From: Octopus bimaculoides
Lineage: Eukaryota
Direction: 5' to 3'
DNA: 61,147 nucleotides
Assembly (NCBI RefSeq): GCF_001194135.2
Contig: NC_068982.1
Location: 35,263,888-35,325,034 of the forward strand
Position numbers and translations under genes: made by a program. Below the pieces are notes generated by a model. It searched no databases, had not been told where the DNA came from, and saw only the letters and a program-made list of their open reading frames with translations. How positions within the stretch are numbered: the first letter of the stretch is position 1; every line of letters begins with the position of its first letter. Below are positions 1 through 12,375 of this stretch, one piece after another.

Positions 1-974
1 ATATATATATATATATATACATACATCTGCATATATGGGTACAGGACGTCTGTGCAAACAATAGGAAATACGTAAACAAACGACTTAAATACGTAAACAA
101 TGAGAGAAAAAATAGAAAACAGGACCAGTAAACACAGAGAAAGGACCCTCCATCAGCTGTCGCGTGTCTATCTTATCCTCATTTCGAGTATATACTTGTA
201 TGTATGCATGTATGTATGTATATTGTAGACCTGTTTGTAAGACAAACTTTCATTTATCTGATTACCCTAATTTGAAAGAATAGCCTTACGCGAAGAATTC
301 GTAATCTTTAGCTATAAAACGAAGTGCCACGTTTGTTTATACTATTGAAATGTATGCACATAAATATCATACACACACACATATACATATACAAGTATAA
401 ACATGAAAAGACTTCTAGAATTTCCGTCATTATTTAATTTATTTCACTATGTTTCGTCACTTTATGTTCATCGATTAAATTATCATTGGAAATACTGCAG
501 TATATATGTATGTACCTAGTGATGGAGTTGATGATCAAATTTCAGTTACCAACCGTACGTATTTTACCTTCTATACGTCCTTATTATCCACCGGATAAAT
601 TTGAACAACTCAACATGCAATTTACCTACTGCAGAAATTCTTATTTGTGTTTGATTTGTAATAAATAATCTTATAATTTCACAATACTATGATTTTGTTA
701 ACTGACTTTAAGAAACTCGATAAAATAAGTACCAACCTACTAGTAATGGAGGCGATATAATCGAAAATACCTTTGAAGGTGTATAGTCTTCAGCATAGAC
801 GCAAGCCAATGATTGAAACTAAGGGGAAAGCAGATGGCCAAGTTAATAAGCAACAGGCAACCATCCAAGAAGCTGGAGCTGCCGAGCTATCAGCTTTCAT
901 TTTGACACTAGTGCTACACTTTGTCCATAGCTAAGATATTTATCTGTCAACGGCCCAGTCTACCTAATTTTACG

Positions 975-1090
975 TTGCTACAAATCGATATAGTTCACTG
1001 CGAGTCGAAAGTTCTCCATTGCTAAAAGTCAATATAGTTCACTGCTAGTAGGAAATTACCCATTGCTACGATACAGCTGTTCACTATTGG
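975..1090. repeat. Degenerate 44-bp tandem repeat (~2.6 units)
   Basis: ttgcta..atatagttcactgc..cca units start at 975, 1019 and 1063. Confidence 0.65.
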
Positions 1091-1093
1091 TCT

Positions 1094-1301
1094 CTATTCT
1101 TGGCACAAAGCGAGAAAGTACAGGTGTGGGGGTAAGTCGATTACATTGACTCCAATACTCAAATGGTACTCATTTTATCAACCGCAAAAGAATGAAAGGC
1201 AAAGTCAACCTCAGCGGAATTTGAACTCGAGACATAAGGAAGATGAAAGTCTATTGAATAATTTGCAAGGCGTGCTAACAATTCTAGCCACTCGTCGCCT
1301 T
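1094..1301 (-). mobile_element. SINE-A (tRNA-derived, ggcggcgagctggcagaatcg family)
   Basis: Reverse complement of the family consensus, including the B-box gagttcaaattcc and gtcgactttgcctttcatcc. Confidence 0.8.
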
Positions 1302-1516
1302 AACAGTTGTTCATTATGACTCAAGTACAAATCACTTCTTTATATCTTTTCAATAAAAATATGATTTTGTATAGATATTCAAAGTTAACAGAAAAGCAAA
1401 TAAAATATGAAGGTACATTAGTGAGAATGAGACAAACGTTCTGTTTTTGAACTCTTCGATGTAATTACTATAGATTCTCTCATATCTGCTTTCACAGTGG
1501 CACTTTTATACATCTA

Positions 1517-1650
1517 CACAACTGCTTCTCCACCAGGGACCATATGACCCTTTGGGGGTCCATGTAAGATTTTGTTGTTAAAATTTATGTGCAATAAATT
1601 GGTTATACTTGTACAATACACAAAATATTTTAATTTTTGTTATATAATTC
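1517..1650. mobile_element. hAT-like non-autonomous element end, degenerate
   Basis: caactgcttctccaccagggaccatatgaccctttgggggtccatg resembles cagtggttctcaacc.ggggtcc..gaccccctgggggtccat hAT MITE termini. Confidence 0.4.
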
Positions 1651-1664
1651 CAGGTAATACTTAA

Positions 1665-1825
1665 TAGGAGCAGGCGTGGGTGTGTAGTAAGAAGATTGTT
1701 TCCCAACCACGTGGTTCCAGGTTCAGTTCCACTGCATGTCACCTTGGTCAAGTGTCTTCTACTGGAGCCTCGGACTAACCAAAACCTTGTGAGTGGATTA
1801 GGTAGACGAAACTGAAGGAAGACTG

Positions 1826-1880
<55 letters not shown>

Positions 1881-2030
1881 NNNNNNNNNNTTAGCGGTAG
1901 GTCGAAGAGCCCGATAAGTACTAGGCTTAAAAAAATTAAACTTAGGGTCGATTTGTTCGACTAAATCCCTTCAAGAAGATGGTGCTCCAGCATGGCCGCA
2001 GTCAAATGACTGAAACAAGTAAAAGAAAAA
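1665..2030 (+). mobile_element. SINE-B (tRNA-derived head, internal (GT)n, ..gtgctccagcatggccgcagtc tail)
   Basis: ggcgtgggtgtgtagtaagaag..ggttcagttccactgc..ggtagacgaaactgaag..(gt)n..ggtgctccagcatggccgcagtcaaatgactgaaac. Other copies or fragments at 4245-4354(-), 5405-5835(-), 7647-7790(+), 28560-28790(+), 53445-53570(+), 54183-54380(-), 54600-54753(-) and 54925-55200(-). Confidence 0.85.
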
Positions 2031-2280
2031 AGAATGAAAATATATTAGGTTTTTTTTTTTTTTTAATTGAATGACTGAGTTATCACCATAGTAAAATAGG
2101 AATCAAAACTTTCATACATAGAAATGGATGGGACCATGTATCTAGACGACAAATATGAAATTGTTTTGATTCTACATTTTGATGTTACGGCAGAGGTAGG
2201 TCTTTCACATAATATTCTCACTCTGAAAGGAATAACGTTTGACAAATTTGTCAAATCAAAATATCTCAAAGAAACCCTAC

Positions 2281-2495
2281 GACAGCGAGCTGGTAGAATA
2301 GTTAGTGCGTCGGACAAAATGCTTAGCGACACTTCTTCTGGGTTTTCTACTTTCTGAGTCCACATTCCGCAGAGGTCGACTTTGCCTTTCATCCTTTAGT
2401 GACCGATGAAATAAAGTAACCATTTGACCACTGAAGTCGATATAATCGACTTACACACTTACACGAAAACTGCTGGCTTTGTGCCAAAATTTAAA
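2281..2495 (+). mobile_element. SINE-A
   Basis: gacagcgagctggtagaatagttag..gaggtcgactttgcctttcatcc..tgtgccaaaattt. Confidence 0.8.
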
Positions 2496-2559
2496 GTAAG
2501 CTGTAACCTGGAGTATTGTTTTCTGCTTTGAACAAAACGGGAGATCAAAATTGTAGAAT

Positions 2560-3235
2560 ATAGAATATAAAGGAGGTCTGGAGATGCATAAAAGCCCCAA
2601 CTTTTTAAAGTCCAGCATAAAGTTGCAGCTGTCAGTAATGGTTTGCTGCACCACATCATTCGCATATGTTACATGACTGTATTTCCTCAGTCTTGGTGCA
2701 CTTCATACTTTGAACAATCAATGTGGCTATTTGCTGATCCGAAATTTCCGCTCTAGCAGGATTTTGCACCTACGCACACTGTCAAAGCAATTACAACCAG
2801 CTTGACTGATTATCACTTCAATATGTTTCCTTGTCTGAGTAAATCACTTAACCTTAATCCCATTGTAAATCGGTGGAGTACGGTTAAAAAGGGTGCTAGC
2901 CAAATTGGGTTCCAACTAAATGCAACTATCGAGGCTCAGGTTTCCATCACTAAGTATGCCTTAGGCTCCACCACACCTGAGCAGTATCACATGTTGGTTT
3001 CCTTACTGCACAACATATTCAAATAGACATTAAAACGAAAGAAATTCAAAGTATTAAGTAACATTTTGGATTCATAGTTAAGGTTGCTCAATTGCAATGT
3101 TTTGAATGTTCAGATATAACGTAATATTGGAGTTGTAATTATCCCTGCATGAAAACTAAAAATATTGTAAATTGATATTTAAACAAAATACTTGGAATAG
3201 ATTAGTTTTCATTTAATTAAATTTTGACACACTCT
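2560..3235 (+). mobile_element. Tc1-like transposase 3' fragment, decayed
   Basis: VMVCC.., QDFAPTHTVKAI, FPCLSKSLNLNPIVNRWSTVKK (ORF 2802-3026; cf. WP.NSPDLNPIENLW). Confidence 0.7.
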
Positions 3236-3753
3236 TAACAAAAATCCATGTTTTGCATAATATCCTACATACTGTACATAGCAGTATGCGTTCTCACATA
3301 TGCGAAAGCCTGCGTACGAACAAGGATATACCTGTGTCATTTATTTCATGTGCTGCAAATCACTCACTATTTCCTTTAGTATTTTTTCTTTTCTTGTTTG
3401 AATTACCAGACTGTAGTTACTTTAGTTTGTGCTACTTTAAAAAGCAAATATAATGTAGGTTAGTTTTCTTTTGTGAAAGCATTGATTACACTGAATTTGC
3501 TAGCTTGTTTGTTAGGTTTTTATTTAAAAATTGTTTCATATAAAATGGGTCATACTTCGTCTAACTGTGATATATCTAAGACAGTAAAACAGGTGCGCCA
3601 ATTACTAGTCAGGTAACCCATACTTAATTTCAAAATCGTGAAGTATGTCTCTGAAGCTTTACACTAAAACAACATTTTCGAATAAAATATTTTCTCTTTT
3701 TGAAAACCAAATATTCATAATCGTTATCTGTGTATGCCAGTGAGTATGCCTGA

Positions 3754-3754
<1 letters not shown>

Positions 3755-3837
<83 letters not shown>
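3755..3837. repeat. (GT)n microsatellite
   Basis: Direct reading. Other (CA/GT)n, (TA)n, (TC)n and (GATA)n tracts occur at e.g. 1828-1880, 5991-6038, 28366-28392, 30164-30202, 38377-38408, 42819-42892 and 45449-45502. Confidence 0.95.
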
Positions 3838-3839
<2 letters not shown>

Positions 3840-4071
3840 AAGCTTTAAACAAAACACAGATACACTGAAAGAGAGTAAAGTGCGAAAGCACACAATTCCA
3901 GGTTACTGTCTCGGTATAAAAAGAAAATCACTAAACCACATATCAGCTTTTGCATTAACATCTCTGATAGCAGTACACATCGAATTTGCTTGATAATTTT
4001 AAATCCTATCACATGTACAGATCGTTTCTGGCTTGTGCGTTTTGATTTGATTACCATTCGATTTAATCGTA

Positions 4072-4211
4072 AAATCAATTATTATGTAACTCTTAGAGGG
4101 CTGACACCTGCTGCACTTCTGTTTGAAAACGACAGGTGTTTCTTATTTAAATCAAGTGCAACGACGCACTTGATTTAAATTCACTGTTTTACTTTCACTT
4201 TTTAACTTTCA
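4072..4211. repeat. ~140-bp hairpin-containing short element, copy 1
   Basis: Perfect 15-bp stem atttaaatcaagtgc/gcacttgatttaaat (4145-4159/4166-4180); a second copy lies at 5510-5647. Confidence 0.7.
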
Positions 4212-4354
4212 TAAAATATTAGTTAACGGTTATCGATTAGTATCTCTTTTATCTCAAACTGCGGCCATGCTGGGGCACCACCATGAAGAACTGTTAGTCG
4301 ATTGAAATGACCCCAGTACTTACTTATTCATTGTTAAAGCCTAGTACTTATTCT

Positions 4355-4905
4355 NNNNNNNNNNNNNNNNNNNNNNNNNNNNNNNNNNNNNNNNNNNNNN
4401 NNNNNNNNNNNNNNNNNNNNNNNNNNNNNNNNNNNNNNNNNNNNNNNNNNNNNNNNNNNNNNNNNNNNNNNNNNNNNNNNNNNNNNNNNNNNNNNNNNNN
4501 NNNNNNNNNNNNNNNNNNNNNNNNNNNNNNNNNNNNNNNNNNNNNNNNNNNNNNNNNNNNNNNNNNNNNNNNNNNNNNNNNNNNNNNNNNNNNNNNNNNN
4601 NNNNNNNNNNNNNNNNNNNNNNNNNNNNNNNNNNNNNNNNNNNNNNNNNNNNNNNNNNNNNNNNNNNNNNNNNNNNNNNNNNNNNNNNNNNNNNNNNNNN
4701 NNNNNNNNNNNNNNNNNNNNNNNNNNNNNNNNNNNNNNNNNNNNNNNNNNNNNNNNNNNNNNNNNNNNNNNNNNNNNNNNNNNNNNNNNNNNNNNNNNNN
4801 NNNNNNNNNNNNNNNNNNNNNNNNNNNNNNNNNNNNNNNNNNNNNNNNNNNNNNNNNNNNNNNNNNNNNNNNNNNNNNNNNNNNNNNNNNNNNNNNNNNN
4901 NNNNN
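4355..4905. other. Assembly gap (N run)
   Basis: Other gaps: 6304-7016, 8118-8726, 10303-10565, 42314-42818, 47982-48506, 53655-54165, plus 10-nt gaps at 1881 and 7686. Nearly all abut microsatellites. Confidence 0.99.
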
Positions 4906-5509
4906 TATATATATAATTGTCACTAAATGCGACTAAGAGTGTCAAGACACCTACATTGCTAAAAATAAGAGCTAAAATGCTCTAACCCTGTAGAAAGAGC
5001 ACATAAATGTATACATATATGCTCACAGGGGCTGCAATCGCCCAAAACACCGACTCGAGAATTCCTTTGACTGAACGTTCAGTCTCGGCTATTTCCATAA
5101 CCTCTTCAGTAAGGACCGCTTCAATAAGGATCGGCCAATCCCCTGTCAGCATGTATGTATTTACCGTAAAAAATTATGTATATTTTAGCTGATCACTAAT
5201 GTGTATACAAAACTTAATGCCATAAAAAGTGATAGCATAAAGAAGAACTATAACTGTCACTAAACGCGACAAATGCCCTAATGTTGTGGGAAAATCACAT
5301 AAATGTATACATATATGCTCAAATATAATCGCCCAGTGACGATTATATTTTTTTCTTTGTGGTATTACATTGCGCATAGCTGTTTATATTAAGTTATAAA
5401 TATATATACGACGAGTTTCTTTCAGTTTCCGTATACAGAATCCTCTTACAAAACCCGGCGCTATAGTAAAAGCCACTTACCCAAAGTGCTATGCATAATA
5501 ACTGAACCT

Positions 5510-5647
5510 AAATCAATTATTATGTTGCTCTAAGAGTGCTGACACTTGCTGCCCTTTTCTTTGTAAACGACAGACGTATCTTATTTAAATCCAGAGCCAC
5601 AGCGCACTTGATTTAAATTCAGTTTTACTTTCACTTTTTTACTTTCA
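5510..5647. repeat. ~140-bp hairpin element, copy 2, inserted inside a SINE-B head
   Basis: Aligns with 4072-4211 and splits the SINE-B sequence gaacc..|gtgttgggaagcaaacttcttaccacacagcc. Confidence 0.7.
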
Positions 5648-5989
5648 GTGTTGGGAAGCAAACTTCTTACCACACAGCCACGCTTGTAATATTTTTTTTT
5701 TTAGCTTTTGCTTGTATCAGACGTAAGACCACGGCCATACTGGGGCACCGCCTGGAGGGTTTAGTGAGATACATCGACACCAGCACTAATCTTTAAAACC
5801 TGGTACTTATTCTATCTCTTTTAAGCCGAATCGCTAAGATACTTGTGTATGCGTTTGCCAGTACCTGTGAGAGTTCCAGATTCCAATCCCACCAAAGTTG
5901 ACTTACACTTTAATCCACTACCCTACCCGTAAAGAGAGGATTGATTAAAATATGTTTCAGTGGCATACTGGTGTCGATTTAAACGACTG

Positions 5990-6041
<52 letters not shown>

Positions 6042-6207
6042 TTTTCTCTCTCCTTCTAACACACACGCGCCTGCGCTCACACAAACACACACACACACAC
6101 GCACACGCTGACTCTTGACAAATGAGAAGAGTTATGACCCATTATTATGACTTAAGTATTGTCTAATGAAAGCATTACTTCTTAAGATATATGCATATAT
6201 GTATGTA

Positions 6208-6238
<31 letters not shown>

Positions 6239-7016
6239 TGTTTGTAATACAAATTTTTCAAATTTTTGTCGCCCAAAACTGCGACCTGGTTATCGCATGC
6301 ATGNNNNNNNNNNNNNNNNNNNNNNNNNNNNNNNNNNNNNNNNNNNNNNNNNNNNNNNNNNNNNNNNNNNNNNNNNNNNNNNNNNNNNNNNNNNNNNNNN
6401 NNNNNNNNNNNNNNNNNNNNNNNNNNNNNNNNNNNNNNNNNNNNNNNNNNNNNNNNNNNNNNNNNNNNNNNNNNNNNNNNNNNNNNNNNNNNNNNNNNNN
6501 NNNNNNNNNNNNNNNNNNNNNNNNNNNNNNNNNNNNNNNNNNNNNNNNNNNNNNNNNNNNNNNNNNNNNNNNNNNNNNNNNNNNNNNNNNNNNNNNNNNN
6601 NNNNNNNNNNNNNNNNNNNNNNNNNNNNNNNNNNNNNNNNNNNNNNNNNNNNNNNNNNNNNNNNNNNNNNNNNNNNNNNNNNNNNNNNNNNNNNNNNNNN
6701 NNNNNNNNNNNNNNNNNNNNNNNNNNNNNNNNNNNNNNNNNNNNNNNNNNNNNNNNNNNNNNNNNNNNNNNNNNNNNNNNNNNNNNNNNNNNNNNNNNNN
6801 NNNNNNNNNNNNNNNNNNNNNNNNNNNNNNNNNNNNNNNNNNNNNNNNNNNNNNNNNNNNNNNNNNNNNNNNNNNNNNNNNNNNNNNNNNNNNNNNNNNN
6901 NNNNNNNNNNNNNNNNNNNNNNNNNNNNNNNNNNNNNNNNNNNNNNNNNNNNNNNNNNNNNNNNNNNNNNNNNNNNNNNNNNNNNNNNNNNNNNNNNNNN
7001 NNNNNNNNNNNNNNNN

Positions 7017-7049
<33 letters not shown>

Positions 7050-7695
7050 GTAAACAGACATGCATATATATATATATACATATATAAATCTACATATACA
7101 TATATATGCATAAGTATCTACATACATACATATATATAGATATATATATATATATGAGCTAGCTAACTCCACATGTGATATCAATTAGCAGATTGCAGGA
7201 GGAGAATTTCTAGCGAAAGCGCAGCATCATTTGCTTTAATGTAAAACGAAACAGCACAAGACAAAACAAAAGAAAACGAAGAAAAGCACTATAAGGCAAC
7301 GAGAAACAAACACATTGAAGTCAAGTCTCTTATTCTGTTGTCTACTGCCGAAGTGCGTACGTCTATTATACTTCTTTGCTCTATTTAAACTAAGTCTGAT
7401 TACATTTAGTGAGTTTAGCTTTATTTTCTTTCGGCTTTTCATTTTCTTTCTTTTGTTTTTTCTCAACTTAGAAGTTTGCTGTAAACTATGATGCCATTAC
7501 AACCTTGAGTTGATGAGTTCTGTGATCCAATTAAGAATGAATGGTTATTAGAATGCATATCTAATGATCAAAGTTGTTTTCATAAATTATTACTTGAATT
7601 AGAAAATGTTTCGACCAGTGCAACAGTGGAAATAGTTACGTAGAATGCGTGGCTGTGTGGTAAGTTTGCTTCCCAACCACATGGGNNNNNNNNNN

Positions 7696-7734
<39 letters not shown>

Positions 7735-8073
7735 TGTGTGTGGGTGTGTGTTTGTCTCCACAACACCACTTGAGAACCGATGATGGTATTCCACCTTGGC
7801 CTTAGTCATGATGGATTAAAGAAAGCAAAATAATTAAAGGAGTTGAGTGTCAGCTGCGCCAGGAATGGTTGTTGGTTATTCATTGAAATGTGTCCGGACC
7901 TTTCTTCTCATCAGTTTCTGACAAAGAACAATGCTCGAAATGTTATGCACCAACTCTTTTTCCCAATCTTATACTGAGCGTGAACCTAATACATTCCAAT
8001 AGCTAGAATATCCCATAAACAGTCAGAGACTGTTTTTTTACTACTTTTTTTATCGTTCGTTATGTAGTTACAT

Positions 8074-8117
<44 letters not shown>

Positions 8118-8727
8118 NNNNNNNNNNNNNNNNNNNNNNNNNNNNNNNNNNNNNNNNNNNNNNNNNNNNNNNNNNNNNNNNNNNNNNNNNNNNNNNNNNN
8201 NNNNNNNNNNNNNNNNNNNNNNNNNNNNNNNNNNNNNNNNNNNNNNNNNNNNNNNNNNNNNNNNNNNNNNNNNNNNNNNNNNNNNNNNNNNNNNNNNNNN
8301 NNNNNNNNNNNNNNNNNNNNNNNNNNNNNNNNNNNNNNNNNNNNNNNNNNNNNNNNNNNNNNNNNNNNNNNNNNNNNNNNNNNNNNNNNNNNNNNNNNNN
8401 NNNNNNNNNNNNNNNNNNNNNNNNNNNNNNNNNNNNNNNNNNNNNNNNNNNNNNNNNNNNNNNNNNNNNNNNNNNNNNNNNNNNNNNNNNNNNNNNNNNN
8501 NNNNNNNNNNNNNNNNNNNNNNNNNNNNNNNNNNNNNNNNNNNNNNNNNNNNNNNNNNNNNNNNNNNNNNNNNNNNNNNNNNNNNNNNNNNNNNNNNNNN
8601 NNNNNNNNNNNNNNNNNNNNNNNNNNNNNNNNNNNNNNNNNNNNNNNNNNNNNNNNNNNNNNNNNNNNNNNNNNNNNNNNNNNNNNNNNNNNNNNNNNNN
8701 NNNNNNNNNNNNNNNNNNNNNNNNNNN

Positions 8728-8768
<41 letters not shown>

Positions 8769-9504
8769 GTATATATACTAGGTCTGCGGTTTGCACCTAG
8801 TTAGTCGACTAACAGCCACTTTCTAGCCAAGGTGGTTAGTCGAACAGGATTCACTGGGTTTATACAAAAACAGACTTCGTACACCAGTAAGTTTCAACGA
8901 ATTTTAATAATGTTCTCATTAATCTATTTCTGTCTTCTTATATACATCCTGATCTGAAAATTTCGTCGTTTCACATTTCTTTTCCTCCCCCGTCATTTTC
9001 ATTTTACATACCATACGTTATAGAAAACTGCACTACACCTATTTGCTCAATCATCCTTTCTCAAAAGTGCATCGACTTCCCCCTACCTATAGGTGATTTT
9101 TAACCATTAATCATATTTGAAGGAATCTTCACGTGATCATTTGACTTGCTATGTATAGGAGCCAAAACCCTCTCAAATCAGATTTTTTAAAAAATAAAGA
9201 GGAAGGATACACTTTATAATACAGTCCTTGATTTTTCTATATACTATGTCTCGATAACAAAAGCTGGTTGGTCACAGCTATAAAAACCTTTGTCAGCTCG
9301 ACCGGGATGACCGGGGGACTAAGCAACAACATCATTCTACAGCTGTTTTCGTAATACACCAGTTAAATGATCCGGAAAGAAGGTTGCGAATACTGTACTC
9401 TCTCTTCGGATCAAATTAAATAAAACTTTGTAGGTGTGTATGTGTGTGTGTGTATGTATATACATATTTATATATATGTATACACATACACACACACACA
9501 CACA

Positions 9505-10285
9505 CAGAGGGTGGGGTGAATATATTGCTGTCTAAATTACGCGAAATGAAATTAACACTGACATCTCATTTTAATAGATATCTTAACTAAAATTATATTA
9601 AAATATCTTGAAATACTAAATAGTAAATTTATTCACTAATATCGCCATTGGCTTCAACCACGGTCTCCAGAAAACTTCGGAATCTCCAGCAACTCTTTGG
9701 CGGTCTCCTTATTTAAATTGGTGAACGCTGCAATAATCCTTGCCTTCGCTTCATCTTTGATGTTACAAGGAGTTTTGTTGGTCTCTCGCTCAAAATAATA
9801 ATCAAGGAGTTGCAGTCTAAGGAGTTAAGTGGCCTGATGTTAGGGGTGATGTGGTCGCAGAAATCGTCTAACAGCCATTACTGGGTTTTCCTGCTTGTGT
9901 GGCCTGATGCAGAGTATTGTTGCCAGACATAGGGTCTTCCAGCAGCTACCCTCTTGACCCAGAGCAGCACTGCCTCCTCCAGGTACTTCATGTAGGCCTC
10001 CGTGTTGAGTCTGAGGCCGTGTGGGAAGATGAATGGAAGCATAACGTCGCCATTACTAGTAATCACTCCAAACATCATGATGTTGACTGGATGTTTGTTT
10101 TTTATCACTCTCGGTACATGTTTTTGGGACATGACAAGCCAACATTTGTTCTGTGTGTTCAGCAGCTGTTCGTATTGGAGATTCCGGCGCGAATGCCAAA
10201 CAGTACAGCATGTCGTTTTCAAGTTTCTGGCAGAGTGAATTGCGTCATGGTACTGTTTTTCTCTCAGGCGGTATCCAACTGACCC
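9505..10285 (-). mobile_element. maT/DD37D-type Tc1/mariner transposon 3' part with terminal repeat
   Basis: KHPVNIMMFGVITSNGDVMLPFIFPHGLRLNTEAY..WQQYSASGHTSRKTQ*WL..FCDHITPNI.P.NS.DCN. The spacing from the decayed QQD to the PLD position is 37 residues. Terminal sequence cagagggtggggtgaatatattg at 9505. Confidence 0.85.
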
Positions 10286-10675
10286 TACTATACTGTGTAG
10301 TCNNNNNNNNNNNNNNNNNNNNNNNNNNNNNNNNNNNNNNNNNNNNNNNNNNNNNNNNNNNNNNNNNNNNNNNNNNNNNNNNNNNNNNNNNNNNNNNNNN
10401 NNNNNNNNNNNNNNNNNNNNNNNNNNNNNNNNNNNNNNNNNNNNNNNNNNNNNNNNNNNNNNNNNNNNNNNNNNNNNNNNNNNNNNNNNNNNNNNNNNNN
10501 NNNNNNNNNNNNNNNNNNNNNNNNNNNNNNNNNNNNNNNNNNNNNNNNNNNNNNNNNNNNNNNNNGTGTGTGTGTGTGTGTGTGTGTGCGTGTGTGTGTG
10601 TGTGTGCATTTGTGTGAGTGTGTGTGTGATGGATAAACGTATCCACCACCACTCCACATATGGACTCTTACCGAA

Positions 10676-10757
10676 CAGGGTGGGGGTGAATATATTGCCG
10701 TCTAAATTACGCGAAATGAAAATAACACTGACATCTCATTTTAACAGATATCTTTAC
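10676..10757. mobile_element. Second copy of the DD37D terminal ~80 bp, in the same orientation as 9505-9585
   Basis: cagggtgggggtgaatatattgccgtctaaattacgcgaaatgaaaataacactgacatctcattttaacagatat closely matches 9505-9585. Confidence 0.8.
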
Positions 10758-12375
10758 CATATATGGACTCTTACTGGTAAGAGTCCACAGATGGACTCTT
10801 ACCGAACAGCCACACAGATTTTTCTGTACTCTGCGTATATATATAAATAGTAATCTCTCGCGTTCGAAGAAAAGTTTTCTTCAATTTCTTACTGGACAAC
10901 CTGCACAGATGTATTGTTTATAGTGGTGAAATGTTCGTGGTGCACATTAGTTCATTCTCTCCATCAAATAGACATTACCTGACCTGTACAGGTTCACGAT
11001 GTACTAAACGCCAAATGTCGAACCCCCATCTCGCAATCATTAATGCAACACCCTAACCACGAGGTCATGCACCGTCACTTATGAATATATGTATAGATTA
11101 TAGTTTAACTCTAATTCAGCTCTGATCCAAGATGCTTATTATCAGAATGTTTTGTCTCTGTGACCATCCGTATTTGATGCAGCCACAGAAGTATATTTTT
11201 TTAATATGCCTTTCCTTTCTTAAGACGTTGGGGAGATTTGCCTGATATTTCTAGAAGGCTGAGGAAACCACATATGGTTATATATTTATATGTAAGTGAA
11301 TATTTACTCATTTATGTATGATCATGTATTTTTTTTTTTTCGTCTTTTACTCATTTCTACAATTAGCAATATAGAAACCCAATTTCGTTACCATAATCTT
11401 GTATCGTGCAATTCTATTTTCTTCTAAATCATCTCCGATTATTTTACCAAGAATGTTATCTTTATTTGATCAGAAACAGGACTGGGAGGAAAAGAGAACG
11501 CTGCTTCTTCATATTGTTAACAAAATTAACGTAGAAGTTATCGAAAAAATCCCAAACAGACTGACCACCACTAGCAATCTTCGTTGGATATCTTAATTGT
11601 GGAGTATATACATTTGTGTGTATGTACGTTGTATGCATGTTTGTTTCCCAATTGCTCCTTCGGATGCATTTAGAATTAGCAAACCGCTAGATATAATTAC
11701 CAAATCTCCCTTAAATGGACTCTATTGACTTGAAAAGAGAGGAACACATTAAATAATATAGTTCGAGATATTTGAGAATCGAATTGGTCGATCATAGCTG
11801 GAACGCTTCTAATGAGAAGACTGCACATTTAAATTAGCCTAGGATTAGCTTGACTAAAGCATTATGGAGTTATCGGACATAGGCCAAGCGTAAAAACAAA
11901 TCCGTGGTTCGTAACTCGATGTTATTGCTGCACTGTGCCCAGAGACTTATCTTCCAATATTGCCGTTCGGTTTACTGGGAAGAAGCATCGTGCTTAAATA
12001 TTATATTTCATGATATTTAGACATTGTTTACATGTAAGATTTAATAATCAACTTCACATATTCCAGACAACCGCCTTATCAAGATTACTTACATTTCTTT
12101 ACTATTCTAATGTTCTGATTGAATTCCAATAAATAAATTAATGCAAGAGATATCATTACTCGGCGAGAATTTTATTAAATAATTAGTTTATTTCCTCAAC
12201 TGAGACTACCCAAACCTCTAGCTTCTAACCAATCTCAGATTAAAATCATGCAGTTTTAAAATCATTAATTCTGTAAGGTAGCTTAAACAAATATCATTGA
12301 CACACTGACAGACGATAAATAAAGGTAACGATAGAGATTAAATATCATTTTCAGTTCTAGGTTTCAACGTTTTGT

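Noticed and set aside
825-960. ASWMVACCLLTW TM3-like peptide on the minus strand
   Set aside because: An isolated motif without neighbouring TM or LRR segments; it could be chance.
11399-11596. 65-aa plus-strand ORF or possible exon
   Set aside because: No domain was recognised, and the candidate splice-flanked segment on the minus strand is closed in all three frames.
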